This document shows positions 1-18,591 of a DNA stretch of 64,000 nucleotides, piece by piece. A program made the position numbers and the translations under genes. The notes under the pieces are model-generated. The model ran no database searches. It was not told the DNA's origin and was given only the letters and a program-made list of their open reading frames with translations. The stretch's first letter is position 1; each line of letters begins with the position of its first letter. This DNA is from the human T2T-CHM13v2.0 reference genome, Homo sapiens. The stretch is taken from the NCBI RefSeq assembly GCF_009914755.1, contig NC_060926.1; one strand, 5' to 3'.

Positions 1-410
1 AGATGAATGGATAAATAAAATGTGGTATATACACACAACAAAATTTTATTCAGCTTTAGCAAAAAAGAAACTATTATCACATATGATAGCATGAATGAGC
101 CTTAAAAATATTATGCTAAGTGAAATATTCAGTCACCAAAGGACAAATGACTGTGTGATTCCTCTTATATGAAGTATCTAAAGTGGTCAAACTCACAGAA
201 GCAGAAAGTAGAAGGGTGGTTGCCATGGGATAGGAGGAGCGAAAAATGAAAAGTTGCTTCTCAACAGCTACACAGTTTCAGTTATGCAAGACAAAAAACT
301 TTTAGAGATCTACTGTACAACATGGTGCTTGTCATTAATAATACCCTATTGTACACTTAAAATTTTTGAGGGTGTTCTCATGTTTTGCGCTTTTTGTCAC
401 AATTTTTTAA
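1..410 (+). mobile_element. L1MB-type LINE-1 3' UTR fragment, cut by the window start
   Basis: GATGAATGGATAAATAAAATGTGGTATATAC...AAAGTAGAAGGGTGGTTGCC...TGTACACTTAAAAT resembles old L1M 3' ends. Confidence 0.8.
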
Positions 411-1469
411 ATGTGTTTACTAAATTGGGGGATGATAATGCACTGAAGGAATGAATTGCAAGATCAAATGAATGTTTGTTATATTTAATATACATGAAAG
501 TGGAATTATTATTGGATAGATAGTTGAAATAACACTGGAATATAGGGGAAAATATGGGGAAAACATAGAAATTTATTGAAACATCTTACCTATTTCTAAA
601 TTTTTTTCTTTTTCTTTAATTGATTCTGTAGTGCCAGGACCTGAATTATATTTATGAGTTCCAAAGTAAGGATCAATTATTAAGTAGTTTCTCTTTCCAT
701 GCCTAATCTGGGATTAACAATTACTATCTCTGTCCTACTCAGTGGACAAGATAGTCATTTTAAGTTTTTACTTATGAAACACTACTCCCTATGACTGGAA
801 ACGAATGAAGGGGAAAGTGCTGGTCAGACTCACATTGCTGGCTGGTTATATAGGTCAGTCCTCCTTCTGAATCTGCTAATATTACCTACAGAGGGAAGTC
901 TGGTTGAAAATAAAATGGGAATATGAGGAAATGATTGTTGATGGAACATAAACCTATAAATGGATAATAAAGGGAAGATAAATTTACCTTGGTACCTTAT
1001 ACGTAGGTGAGAATAAAAGAATAATATTATCTTTCTACAATATTAACAGATTCCCGTAAAGTGGAGCTATTTTCTGGCAGAAACCTCCTCCTTTGTTTGA
1101 AGCTGAAAGTCCATGAAGGATGCAAGTGGATTTAAGAAACAAGTAATCTCAAGTTACATATGTGATGCATCCCCATGATATTATTGACATGTAGACAAAC
1201 ACTTGAAATAATTCTCATGTAGCTTTATCTTCTGGCTTCCATTTTACAGGATATACTTACTAAAGAGAACAGACTACTTTTGAGAGGTAACATACAAGAA
1301 CATTTGCCCCTGCCCCCCAATATAATCACCACAGATTTTCAAACAAAAGCTTGTAAGATGCATAATTTATTCTGGTGATGGAAGCAATAGAAACTGGATA
1401 GTTAAATTGAGTTTTCAGAGACAATACTGATATCTTGAGACATATGTCAGCAATAGTGTCTTCATGAGA

Positions 1470-2150
1470 TCAGTTCAGTGGAATGACAATCAAGCCCTTC
1501 TGGAGATTCTTTGAGGTACATAGTCTTCTTTAACAAACTCCCTTTTTGCTTAAATTAGGCAGAGTTGTTTTTATCACTTGAAATTAAAAACCTTGAGTAT
1601 TACCAAATTATATATTTAAAGGGAGGAGGCTGTTAAGTATAGGCCCTAAAATGTGGAATTGGATGAATACAGAAAGTAGGACAGAATTAAATTGGCACCA
1701 CACCATCCAGGCAAGAACATGGAGAATCTTACTACATGACAATGAAATATTTGATTCAATGATTGCCCATACCTAAAGATACAGACATAAGGTTCAAGAA
1801 ATCACAGTGGAGGCTATAAAAGCTGGGAAATTGGTAGGAAAAACACAGAACGCTAGGCTTCATTTGTTATTTCTTAGAGTTTTCTGTAAAATCAATATGG
1901 CACAAGAAAGAGACAGTCTGAAGGTCACCACTGTGGAATTAGAGAGAGAAAGGAAATACAGAAAGAAAATTTCTTTCTTGAAATTGAGATTGGCAGGGCC
2001 AGGTAATGGGAACAGAGAATAAAGAAGACACTTAGCAGAAGAAAAAATTCAAAAAATTCTTAGTCTCTACTAGACAGGGAGGCAGTGGGAAGCCAGGATG
2101 AAATTCAGAGTGGGGCCTCCCAACCAAGGAAAGTGACTCAGCATCATAGG
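1470..2150 (+). mobile_element. Very old ERVL/MaLR-type LTR 3' end plus internal fragment
   Basis: CCTTTTTGCTTAAATTAGGCAGAGTTGTTTTTATCACTTG resembles ERVL LTR 3' termini; it is followed by purine-rich internal-like sequence. Confidence 0.35.
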
Positions 2151-2364
2151 AAATGACTATTGTAAATGCATCAGTGAAGGCAAGATCTGGGCCATTTACT
2201 ACTTAACACACCATGAAGAAAATCCAAAGTAATGATTACATTTCTTCACTCTAAAATACTTCATACTGCTTGACTTGCATAAAAATCAAACTTATTAAGT
2301 GGCTAATCTTTGAAGTTGAATCTGAAAGAGATGACACAGCATAGTCATGAGCTCAATCTAAGTA

Positions 2365-2542
2365 GCCAGACTTGATTTCAAGTCACATATGACAGTCACC
2401 TCTCTGCTCTCTCTAAACTTCAGTTTTCTAATCTGTACATTAGGGGTTGTCCTTAAAATTTATATGAGAATTAATTAAAATGAGGCACAAAACCAACAAA
2501 GCACATTTCCAGACACATAGCAAGCACTGAATAACTATTATT
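2365..2542 (+). mobile_element. MIR SINE fragment
   Basis: CTTCAGTTTTCTAATCTGTA core and 3' ACACATAGCAAGCACTGAATAA. Confidence 0.65.
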
Positions 2543-2782
2543 ATGGGTTCTTATTGCAAAACATTTAGATAGAGCATGAATCTTAAATTAAGGTTAATGA
2601 ATATGGTGAAAACTGTCATTTGGAAGTTTTAAAGATATGTTCTTAACTAAAAGATTATATGATTATAGCTCTTTTCCACTACAGCTAATAACAGAAGGTT
2701 CACAGGAACACTCCGATAGTCAATTTGATGTTTAGATCATGATTAAATAAATAATAAAAATATGGATTTCAAATATATGTTG

Positions 2783-3191
2783 TAATATGGTTTGAATATT
2801 TGTCCCCTCCAAATCTCATGTTGAAATATGATCCCCAGCATTGGAGGTGGGGTCTGGTGGGAGGTGTTTGGGTCATGGGGGCAGATCCCTCATGAATGGT
2901 TTGGTGTCATCTGGTGGTGCTGAGCGAGTTTTCACCCTGTTACATACCATGAGATTGGATTGTTAAAAAGAGCCCGGCACCTCCTCCCGTCTCACGTGCT
3001 CCCTCTCTTGTCATCTGATCCACTGGCTCCCCTTAGTGTTCTTCCATGAGCAAACACTGTCTGAGGCCTCACCAGAAGCAGATGCTGATGTCATGCTTCT
3101 TGTACAGCCTACAAAATTGTAAGCCAAATAAACTTTTCTTTATAAATTACCTAGCCTCAGGGTATTTAGCAATGCAAAATGGACTAACACA
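2783..3191 (+). mobile_element. MSTB-like MaLR solo LTR
   Basis: 5' end TATGGTTTGAATATTTGTCCCCTCCAAATCTCATGTTGAAAT, AATAAA, 3' end GGACTAACACA. Confidence 0.85.
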
Positions 3192-3599
3192 AGTAGTAAC
3201 AAAGGTAATCAGGAATTTGTCACATAATAAGAAATATTCAAGGGAAAATATCCTCCTACAGGGGGCAAAATAAAACTTGATTGAGAATCTCCTCTCACAA
3301 CGTAATGAAGTTCATTGTTCATTTTACAAAGACAAAACAGCAAATATAAGGTATCCGTGGTTAAAAAAAAATGGGCAAACTTTATGACACAGACTGAATA
3401 TACAAGTCTACTCCTAACTCTGTTCCCACCTTACCAACCCTAAATTGGTACTAAGGAAAGAAAATAAATGAAGAAAAGTTTAAGAATCCTGATTAATACA
3501 ATACCCATACTCCTTTCTTACATTCATTGGAGAAAAATATATTAAATATGGGTTTTTACTCTGCAGAAAAGCAAAGAAAAGCTATCAAACATTAAAATT

Positions 3600-4800
3600 C
3601 CTCTCTATCACCACATGTTCTTAGTAGAGCAAGATAAACAGAGATCCTCACTTTGGTATCTCCAGGCAAGGAGAAAAACAGATGAGGAAGAAAAATCACA
3701 TAAGCACCAATAAACTGTGACTCAGGAGAACTGAAGAGAATACATAAAACAAGCTTGCTGAAGGAACAACAAGCTAATAGATAAACAGTGTTTCAATGGA
3801 ACTCTATAAAACAATGAAAAGAAACTTTACCTACATTCATCAATATGAAGGAATCCCATAAACATAATATTGAACTAAAGAAGAAAATTCATTAAGGATA
3901 CACACAGTTTAATTTGATGTTTTTCAGGAGTGTGGGAATAGTTTATGATATACATACATTAAAATTTTTTATTTTAACACATACAAATGTGCATTTACTT
4001 ACCTATATGTTATTGTAGGGTTATAGATTTTTTTTCTGGTGTGAGTCTACAGATTAGTTCCTCACTTTTTAAATCATTGATAAAATATCTAATGATGAAC
4101 AAAAATTTCAAAACAACTATGAAGCAAACTCGGTATATATAGACTATCAGTTAATCTGGTAGGCTGTTTGAGTACAAGTCAGTTAAGTAAATGGCATACA
4201 ATAAAATTGAAAGTATCTGTTCATAGTAAATGAAGAGGAAAATGACAGAGAGACCAAAAAAACTAGAAAAATGATCATCAACTGAGTGACAGAGACAATG
4301 ATGATTCAATAAAAAATATTTAGCCTTCCTGCAATATTGAACTCAGAGCAGAAAAAGCATTTAAATACATAATTTTAAAACTTCTTCCTTAAATAAAGAA
4401 AAATTTAAATCTTCCAATAGAAGCATATGGCAGTATATGGAAGGAAAAACTAATGTAATATAATCAGCAGGGATTTTTAAAAGATCTTTTCAGTCATACT
4501 GAATTTCTATAACAAGAAATATTTCCTGAGACATTGAAGTAGGAAGAAAATAAAGAGTCAATTAAGAGTAAAAAATTAAGCTGGGCTCAGAATACTACAA
4601 ATAACGTTCAAGTCCAAAAAATAATACAACAAAAATGTTCACAAATTTCTGTGGTGATTAAAATATGAGCCAAGAATTTTAGACCCAGCTAAATTGTCCC
4701 CCTAGAACATAGATGTTCCCAGACATTAAAGAATTCAAGAAAATAACACTGACTATATATGAATATAAAACTAAAACTAAACAAATGAGAGAATTACATT
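3600..4800 (+). mobile_element. Ancient L1M/HAL1 ORF1 remnant
   Basis: A-rich decayed coding sequence; 4667-4699 translates EPRILDPAKLS, matching the ORF1p motif PRILYPAKLS. Confidence 0.55.
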
Positions 4801-6130
4801 TCAAAAATATATCAATGGTATAAAATTTGACAAGACAGTAATGCATTCTTAATGTTTTTTATAATTTTTTTCTTAACTTAAAAATAGATCTTTTAGAAAC
4901 TAATAATCCATATGATGGAAAACAAGCTCACCTACTCCTTTAGTTTGTATGTTTCTTTTTCTTGTGCTAAATTCAAGTAAAATTAAAATTGACATATCTT
5001 ATTGTTAAACAGTATTTGGTTAACAATAAAATCTCATTTTTTATAAAACTATTATTTCTATCCAGCATTTTTTGTTACAATGCATGAAAAAAAATCTGAA
5101 ATTATAATTACTTAATGTGAACTCAATTGTTATTTCTGGATGGAGAAATTTTTTTTTCTGTGAAGTGTGAACTCTTTGTAATGCATTTTAATGCCTTTGT
5201 AATGTGTTTTACAAAGACAGTAACATATTCTTTAAAAAATGAAAGTTGAAACACAGAAAATTGTAGATGCAACTTGAAGATAACATTTGCCTAGCCACTT
5301 TGACCTTTGCTCTAACAAAATCTTTCATGTTCAGTATTACTTAACAGATAAAAACCCTATATCTGACTGCACAACAAACACACCATGAATTTTTAAAATA
5401 ATAATTAATTAATTTTAAAAGGCAGAATGTCATGTTAGCGGCCAAACCAGTTGAAGAATCTTAGAAAAAAATTTCCCTCCTTAATACCCTGTCGAGCAAA
5501 AGTACTAATTGACTCTAGAAGAAAAGATGGTGAAGAAAGAAAGGAAATGATTTTAAAAGACTCAAGGCTCTGCTCTCTCACAAATCATATAAATGATTAT
5601 TATTCTGCATGATACAGACTCAATGATTGTAATGTGATCTGTTAAGGACACTATTGTATTTCTCTGATTGGTACAGAATTTTCTAGTATACCTAAGGCTA
5701 TAAGGCTCAGTGGGGGCCTTCTACTCCTAAAGCAATATATAAATGCAATACATAATCTTGTATTTGAAAGTTTAAAAAAATAAAATTTGTCCTAAAAAAT
5801 TAAATGGTCCCTTTCATAAGTAAAAAAATAAAAGAAAACTAGTTTAAGCTAAAAAAAGAAACTTCATAATGTACACCCTGTCAAAACAAAAGTTGTAGTA
5901 GTTTCAAGTTTGAGGAAAAAAAAGAACACTTTTATGGAGGGCAATTATTTCTTCCCAAAAGATAAGGCTTTCTTTTGAATGATCTGTTTATTTGTGGAGT
6001 TGAGTTAAATTTATATTTAAATTGTTTTATTTGTAAATATAATTAAATAATGGTAAATTCTTGAAATGAGTTACCTGGAAAATTGAGTGACCTTCAATTA
6101 AAAAAATAAAATCTTTCCAAAGAATGACAC

Positions 6131-6516
6131 TGATGTGGATTGGCTCTGTGTCCCCTCCCAAAACCCATCTTGAATTGTAATCCCCATGTGTCAAGGGAGA
6201 GATCTGTAATCCCCAGGTATTGCGGGAGGGAGGTGATTGGATCATGGGGGTGGTTTCTCCCATGCTGTTCTAATGATAGTGAGTAAGTTCTCATGAGATC
6301 TGATGGTTTCATAAGGGGCTCTTCTCTCTTAGCTTTCTCTTCCCTCTCGCCTGCCACCACGTAAGATGTGCCTGCTTCCCCTTCCACCATGACTGTTAAG
6401 TTTCCTGAGGCCTCCCCAGCCATGTGGAAGCGTGAGTCAATCAAACCTCTTTCCTTCATAAATTACCCAGTCTCAGGTGTAGTGTCTTTATAGCAGTGCG
6501 AAAATGAACTAATACA
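6131..6516 (+). mobile_element. THE1D-like MaLR solo LTR
   Basis: TG...CA termini, perfect 5-bp TSD GACAC (6126-6130, 6517-6521), THE1 motifs such as TTTCCTGAGGCCTCCCCAGCCATG. Confidence 0.9.
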
Positions 6517-6837
6517 GACACCCATCCAGATCTGAGGTCTTTGTGAACCCCTGCAAATCTAGTTAACACTTGACCTCTGCTGTCTTCAGTCTTATTATTC
6601 CAAATATGATTTTAAATCCAGTCGCATTTCCAAATCTGTAGTAACACATAGCACTGTTTTTCACAAGACCCACCTAAAGTTATTTCAGCTATTTCAGTGG
6701 AAAACGAAGACTTTTAGTAATATGATCTAATAATTATTTCCTTTAGTTTGTAATCCTCTTGTTATTAAAATGAATTATGCAGCAAAATATGCCTCTACCT
6801 TCTCTCTTTTCAAATAGGACCATTTCTTCTATTTTCT

Positions 6838-7022
6838 TTTTTTTTTTTTCTCAGTTAGTATGGCACATCTTTTTTTTTATGGTTACAGATTTTATTTTAT
6901 TCTTTTATTATTATTATTATACTTTAAGTTTTAGGATACATGTGCACAACATGCAGGTTTGTTACATATGTATACATGTGCCATGTTGGTGTGCTGCACC
7001 CATTAACTTGTCATTTAGCATT
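6838..7022 (-). mobile_element. 5'-truncated L1PA3/4-like 3' end with a 3'-transduced tag
   Basis: L1 terminal ~100 bp, A-rich tail, 40 bp of non-L1 sequence and a second poly(A), all inside the 17-bp TSD CATTTCTTCTATTTTCT (6821-6837, 7019-7035). Confidence 0.9.
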
Positions 7023-7983
7023 TCTTCTATTTTCTGTTTCTATCAGCCTATGAAATTGTTCTTCCTGAAAGGGCCATATAAAATGGAAAGAGTAAATCAT
7101 TATTGCTCTTCTTGTTTTAAAGTGAGTCAATATTATTCTAATTCAAAGCTACCAGGATGGTATACCAACAAACAGCACCAATGAAATCCACCAGTTAGTA
7201 TCCACAAGCAATTATAGTGATTAACCTAAATAAACTGGAATCGCAAATTGCCACATCTAATTATTTCATATTACTTGTTACCTATTTGGATAAAAAAGTT
7301 TAAAATGTACTTTGAGTTAGTTATTTTTCATCAAAGAATTATTTATATTCTTGAATATTTAAATTGTTTCCATTTTACAAGTAATTATTGTTTTATTAAA
7401 ATAAATTCCTAAGATTTAAAATGCTTATTATTATATTCACATTTTTAAGACTTATATATAACCAAATATAACACATATATATTACTCAGAAAAACAATAT
7501 AGAGCTCTGATTTCTTTGAATCCTAGATAACATTGGACAGTACATAATTCTTCATCTTTAATACTATATTCAATATTTTATTATATTTAATAATACTTTT
7601 AAAATATAAAAATATTTTGTCAAGATTTGAGCATTCTGATATACCATAAATCTTGCTTTTGCCACTATATTCTTTATTTTTTCCTTATATAGAATTACTG
7701 TGCAAATTTTGTATTTTTAATCTTGATATTTTATGTTAAATTATACATCTAGGTATCTAAATAATATAATCATTTTTATGTATATAGGTAAATGTTTTAT
7801 TGTGCTTCTATTGTGTCTAACTGGAATTTACATATTTCAAAATAAATTAAAAGAAAGGAAAAAAGTTTTCTGGTGTGAGAAAAGTATAGCATCAATTTGT
7901 TATACCAGGTATGCATTGATAGTACAGCTTTAATCAATTTCATGTGCTTCTTTAACTTTCAAATATTAATTGCAAACTTATAA

Positions 7984-8178
7984 AGTCAGATACTGTGCTA
8001 GGAATTGGATTTAGAGCAATACCAAAAACAGGCACAGTGTCTTCCTGAACAAAGTTGGAAGAGGAAGGAAGACATTACTCAAATAATCAGACCAATGAAA
8101 GGTAAAATGGTATTCTTGACAGATGCTACAAGTTTATACACAATTCTATGAGGATTTATAAAATGGGTATTTAACCTA
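7984..8178 (-). mobile_element. L2 fragment
   Basis: CAGATACTGTGCTAGG...GACATTACTCAAATAATC resembles an antisense L2 3' region. Confidence 0.55.
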
Positions 8179-8321
8179 GAAATTATTTCCTATTTATTTA
8201 TAAGAAACTACTATAATTTATTTTTTGCCTAAAACTAAAACCTAGCCACACCTCAAACATTTGTTTCCTATAGCAACCATCTATGAAATGATGTGGTCCA
8301 TGTTTCTTACATTTTAGATAT

Positions 8322-8607
8322 CTAGCCTAGGCAACATGGTTATACCCTGCCTCCAAAAAAATACAAAAAAAAAAAAAAAAAAAAAAAAAAGCTGGGCATG
8401 CTGGCACACACCTTCAGTCCTAGCTTCCCTGGAGGCTGAGGTGAGAGGATCTCTTGAGCCCTATGGGTTGGGAGGAGGTGAGGCCACGTGGAGGCTGTAG
8501 TGAGCCATGACCATGCCATTGCACTCCAACCTGGCCGATGGAGTGAAAAAAATAAAGAAAGAAAGAAAAGAAAAGAAAAAGAAAAAAAAAGAAAAGGAAA
8601 AAGAAAA
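8322..8607 (+). mobile_element. 5'-truncated AluJ-like element
   Basis: End of left arm, expanded A linker, right arm with a ~20 bp insertion, GAAAA-patterned tail. Confidence 0.85.
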
Positions 8608-8799
8608 TCTTCTTAGTTCACATATGACCTAAGTGGAAGTGTAGCATGAAGAAGAATTTGGATAAAGAAAACAAAATGCTCCCCTGAAAGTCTGACTAAA
8701 AATATTTACATGTAAATTGAGCACAGCCAAAAGATAAAAATTTTCATTGAAATGGTAATGCAATGAATTTTGTAACACAAAAGCAACAGAATTCATATA

Positions 8800-9219
8800 C
8801 AGATGATCCCCAACTTATAATGGTCGGACAGGATTTTTTTATTATACAATGGTGCAAAGGCAATAATGCATTCAGTGGAAATCGTGCGTCTAATTAGAAT
8901 TTTGATCTTTTCTGGGGCTAGCAATATGCTGTATAATAATCTATCACAATGCTGGACAGCAGCAGCCAGCCATAGCTCCCAGTCAACCACAAAATCACTA
9001 GTGTTAACAACTGATAGTCTACAGTGGACTGTGTTGCCAGATGATTTTGCCCAACTGTAGGCTTATGTAAGTGCTCCTCAGCACGTTTAAGGTAAGCTAG
9101 GCTAAGCTATGATGTTTGGTAGGCTAGGTGTATTAAATGCATTTTTGACTTATAATATTTTCAACTTACAATGGGTTCATCAGGACATTTTAACCTCATC
9201 ATAAGTTCAAGAGCATCCA
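8800..9219 (-). mobile_element. MER47B/C-like (Tigger5 family) non-autonomous DNA transposon
   Basis: Imperfect TIRs CAGATGATCCCCAACTTA / TAAGTTCAAGAGCATCCA flanked by TA; internal TAAGGTAAGCTAGGCTAAGCTATGATGTTTGG. Confidence 0.85.
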
Positions 9220-9669
9220 TACTCTTAAAAGAGAAGACTTATTCAAACGTTAAAGAGCAGACAAAGTAAGGGAAAATCTTATGCAATAAAAACTGCTCTC
9301 TTTAAACTCTTTTGGGAACTTAAAATCTATCGGGTATAAATTCACTACTGTAAATACAACATCATTTTTAAAGATGATGAAAGTATCTTAAATGTAATGA
9401 GCAGATAATAAAACTTTGTATCTCTTTGAGATTTTATTGTTAATTAGAGTTAAATGTAAAACAATTCCTAAAATAGACATGGTACTTTAAATATTTAAAT
9501 AACTTAAAAGAAGACTAAAAAATAAAATCATAAATGCATCCTTTTAAGCCTTTTTCTCCAGTGTTACTCTTAAACTTGCAAATGAATCAGATCTCCTTAT
9601 CAACCAAAACATCATAATTTAGAGCTTTTCATTTGTTTACCTTTTCCTACTTATACTACAATTTTAAAA

Positions 9670-10122
9670 CTTAAGTTGCTATAAGGAGGAAACCCAAAAT
9701 TGAGTAGAAGAAGTAGTTTCCTACTTCTCATTCAAATTCTGTTCCAAGATTGGCAGGCAGTTGCTCCATTCTCTTAAGTCATTCATCATCCAAGTGACTT
9801 TTATCACGTTTCTCTTCCATCTCGTGGTTATGGTTCTTACCTGCATTGTCAAAGCTGGGCTTCAGGTATATCCATGTCCAGCTAACAAGAAGGCAAGTGT
9901 GGTTGTGTACCTCCAATGCTTTAAAACACAGTCCCAAAAGTAACATAGGTTATTTCTGCTCCAGTTCCACTGAAAATAACTTAGTCACATAACCATATTG
10001 CAGGAAAGAGAGAGCTTGGAAACAGTCTCCAGCTGGTGGGCAAATGCCTAACTATAACTTTATTTCTTAAAAAAAAAAAAAAGGGAAACATATATAGGTG
10101 CACATTTAGCAGTTTCCCCCAT
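9670..10122 (-). mobile_element. Old MLT1 (MLT1J/K-like) LTR
   Basis: AACTTAGTCACATAACC and CATTTAGCAGTTTCCCCCA motifs typical of antisense MLT1J/K. Confidence 0.55.
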
Positions 10123-10247
10123 GAAGCTCCCTTATACTAAATGTAATCATGCTTAAAATATGTATCTATCATCAGATAGGTTACCTTTTAAAAGAAAAAC
10201 AACACCATGATTTGTCACTTACCATCTTATTTTTGTCACCTAACATG

Positions 10248-10410
10248 TTCATTCATTCTATAAATATTTATTGAGGAGCCATTATTTATTGGTACAGTAA
10301 TAGGTGTGTAGGACATAAAGAATTATATATCAGAGTCCTAGACTTCGAGAAGTTTGCCATCTAATTGAAATTGACAGTGCCAATTGCTGTGACAGGTGAT
10401 TTAACAAGTT
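10248..10410 (-). mobile_element. L2 3' end
   Basis: TTCATTCATTC...AAATATTTATTGAG terminal motif. Confidence 0.65.
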
Positions 10411-10416
10411 TGCCAT

Positions 10417-10880
10417 TGAAAGAGTTTAAAATATATCACTCTACCATATTAAGTATTTAGGTTAAAGGCACTTAAAAAAATCAAATGCAAAAGAATCAAT
10501 CTGACCTTTATGCTGTTTCTTAAAAGCAGAAGATGAAATTCCCATATGAAAGATGCCCTCCTATACTAGAAAGATACAACATACTTATCCTCAAGGACAA
10601 TAAATTGAAACAGAATTTTGAATAGACTTTGTGAAAAATAACTCTTACCTTATAAGTATCTCCACAATCTAGTTGCTTTTTCACAACTTACTACTCCATG
10701 TCCAATTAGTATGTAAGTAATTGAGTCTTCTTTTTTGGGTTTTCATATTTTTATGAGGGCTCCCATGCCATGTAAAACTTGTACTATGCTTTTCTCCTGT
10801 TAATCTATGTTACGATGTTTTAATTCCCAAACTTAGCTGAGACCCTAAGAGAATGAAGGTGGAACTTTTCCACTCCTGAG
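10417..10880 (+). mobile_element. 5' LTR (MER34C-like)
   Basis: Starts TGAAAGAGTTTAAAATATATCACTCT; aligns by eye with the copy at 14399. Confidence 0.8.
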
Positions 10881-10885
10881 TTTTG

Positions 10886-10903
10886 TGGCAACTCAGATAG
10901 GAC
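10886..10903 (+). promoter_or_regulatory. Retroviral primer binding site, tRNA-Arg type
   Basis: TGGCAACTCAGATAGGAC matches 15/18 of TGGCGACCCAGATGGGAC, the complement of the tRNA-Arg(CCG) 3' end as recalled. Confidence 0.65.
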
Positions 10904-11225
10904 CCTAAAAGGCTGGTATATCCCCCTGCTTTGAAGCCTGCAGATGGGATCCTGAGAAGGCTGACAAAAGTCTGCAATAGGTAGGAATTCTTACCAGCAT
11001 CGGCTCTCCTGGATCTCTTATATAGTGGCCAGTTCAGAGGAAAGTATAAAATGTTTCTTTGTTCATTCTTTTCCAAATTTGGATTGGAAGGACAAAAACA
11101 TTTATAAGAATTGATTATTTGAAATGTGGACTCTCTAGTGAATTTTGTTCTGGGTACTCACAAATTATTTACCTACAGCCTTCCAGGAATAGTGCTTGTT
11201 CTTTTGTCTCTGTCTTGTTATGTGA

Positions 11226-12421
<1,196 letters not shown>

Positions 12422-13174
12422 GAAATTCTCCTTTCATCTTGAGAGCTTGGCTTTGTGACCAGTGAAAATATTCTCTCTGGTTTATACCACTTCGGCGGGT
12501 ACGGGCTTGCATTAGGTGGCTTGCCAGCAGACTACAGCCCAAAACGCAATGTCTTTTTGCCTGACCATACCAGCAATCCTTGGTGTTTGTCTTAATTGTC
12601 TCAACCCCATTGCCTTGTTAACAGTGAAGGTACTCAGTTTCTGAGGCTATCATTAAGACAGCGTTTGAATCTTGAGGGGAACAGCATCTTTTGCACCCCT
12701 AGGGACACACTTCTGGCATCCATGGTTAAGCCACAAAAGGCTTATTGGTTTCCAGCCATAAAAAGGGCTTATCGGGTTTGAGTCACAAAGTAGGTATACT
12801 TCTGGAGATTTGGACTTTTGCATCTAAAAGTTTTGATGTTTGTTTTTTGGTTTTTTTAGAGCACTCTCATCGGTACCTATAGGAAGATTTGACTTAAAAG
12901 AAGAAAGTAAGCACTTATAGAAATTAACCATTTTTTCAGAAAAATAGGAACTAACCTAAAAGTTTTTCAAGTTCACATAATCTGGTATAACCTTTGGTAA
13001 ATAAAAAATCTAGTTTAAGTCGTTGGTTTAATTGAAACAGGCACGTCTTCAAAGTTAACAACATTAAATATAATGCAGACATACAACTTCTACCTGAATT
13101 TACTAATCAAAAAGCTTATGTATATTTAAGATTGTAAAAGTATAAATTCAACCTGAGAATAACATGTAAAATGA

Positions 13175-13520
<346 letters not shown>

Positions 13521-13664
13521 AAAAACAGTTTTAAAAACCCATATGTTTTGACTTTTAGGTTCCTTGCTTCTGTGATTTTTAAAATACTTGCCTGATTTAT
13601 CTGCAGGCTAAAATAATTTCATCAATAATTAGCATTTCTAATTTTTCTTTCACCTTGTTTTTCA

Positions 13665-13794
13665 TTCTTTCTCTCTTTTTTAGATGGGGTCTGGCTATGT
13701 TGGCCAGGCTGATCTCAAACTCCTGGGCTCAAGTGATCCCCCGACGTCTGCCTCTTGGGTAGCTGGGACTACTGGCACATGCCACCACACCAGC
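13665..13794 (-). mobile_element. Alu monomer (FLAM-like)
   Basis: Single 130-bp arm containing CTCCTGGGCTCAAGTGATCC. Confidence 0.8.
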
Positions 13795-14804
13795 TTTTTC
13801 TCTCATATTTCTGACCTGAAATTACTAAAAGCTAAAATTTCACTTTTTTGTAGCCTTGCAAACTAAAGTTGGACAATTCCATATAGACTTCAGAAAAATC
13901 ACAACAGCTTATATATGAACAATCTTCAAGCCTATTTCCCTATGGAACACTCAGGCATGACTTAAAGACATCCAAACTAAAGATACTTCAAACCCAATAT
14001 TTAGAAACTTTTTCAACTGATTACCCCAGATTTAAAAATTGGATGAATTTATAATTTTTCCAACCATTAATTTTTGTTTTCTTTTCTTTGCCTTAGAAAT
14101 ACCTCTTGTTCTCACGTCATATAAAGACATAACTTAGATGGAAGTCCACTTACAACATCACCTCCTAAAATGAGACACAACTTCTTAACTGGACTAAAGT
14201 ATTCTCATTACTAAGAAACTGATTAAGTAAGATACTGGAATATATACTTAAGTGTGTTCTTTTCTGCTTGCTTCCATTTATATTTTTTTCTCCCTTTGCA
14301 GATCTCTTGCTACTGAGCCACTAACCCAATTCTTTTCTCCATAGCCACCAAGTCAGGTTTTAATGTGTGAAACATTTAGGAAGTTTCAGACAGGGGAATA
14401 AAGGAGTTAAAAATATATCACTCTTCCGTATTAACTATTTGAGTTAAAGGCACTTAGAAATAACAGCAGGAGCAAAAAGATCTCTTTGACCTTCATGCTG
14501 TTTCTTAAAGGCAGAAAAAATACCCATGTGAACGATGCCCTCCCTACACTAGACAGATGCAAAGATAAGAAGTCAAAACCAAAAGAATTCTATTAATATT
14601 ATTATACTTTAAGCTCTAGGTTACATGTGCACAATGTGCAGGTTTGATACATAGGTATACATGTGCCATGTTGGTTTGCTGCACCCATCAACTCATCATT
14701 TACATTAGGTATTTCTCCTAATGCTATCCCTTCCCCAGCCCCCCGCCCCCTGACAGGCTCAGGTGTGTGATGTTCGCTGCCCTGTGTCCAAATGTTCTCA
14801 TTGT

Positions 14805-18528
<3,724 letters not shown>

Positions 18529-18591
18529 TATGATGTTAGCTGGTTATTTTGCTTGTTAGTTGATGCGGTTCCTTCCTAGCCTTGATGGTCT

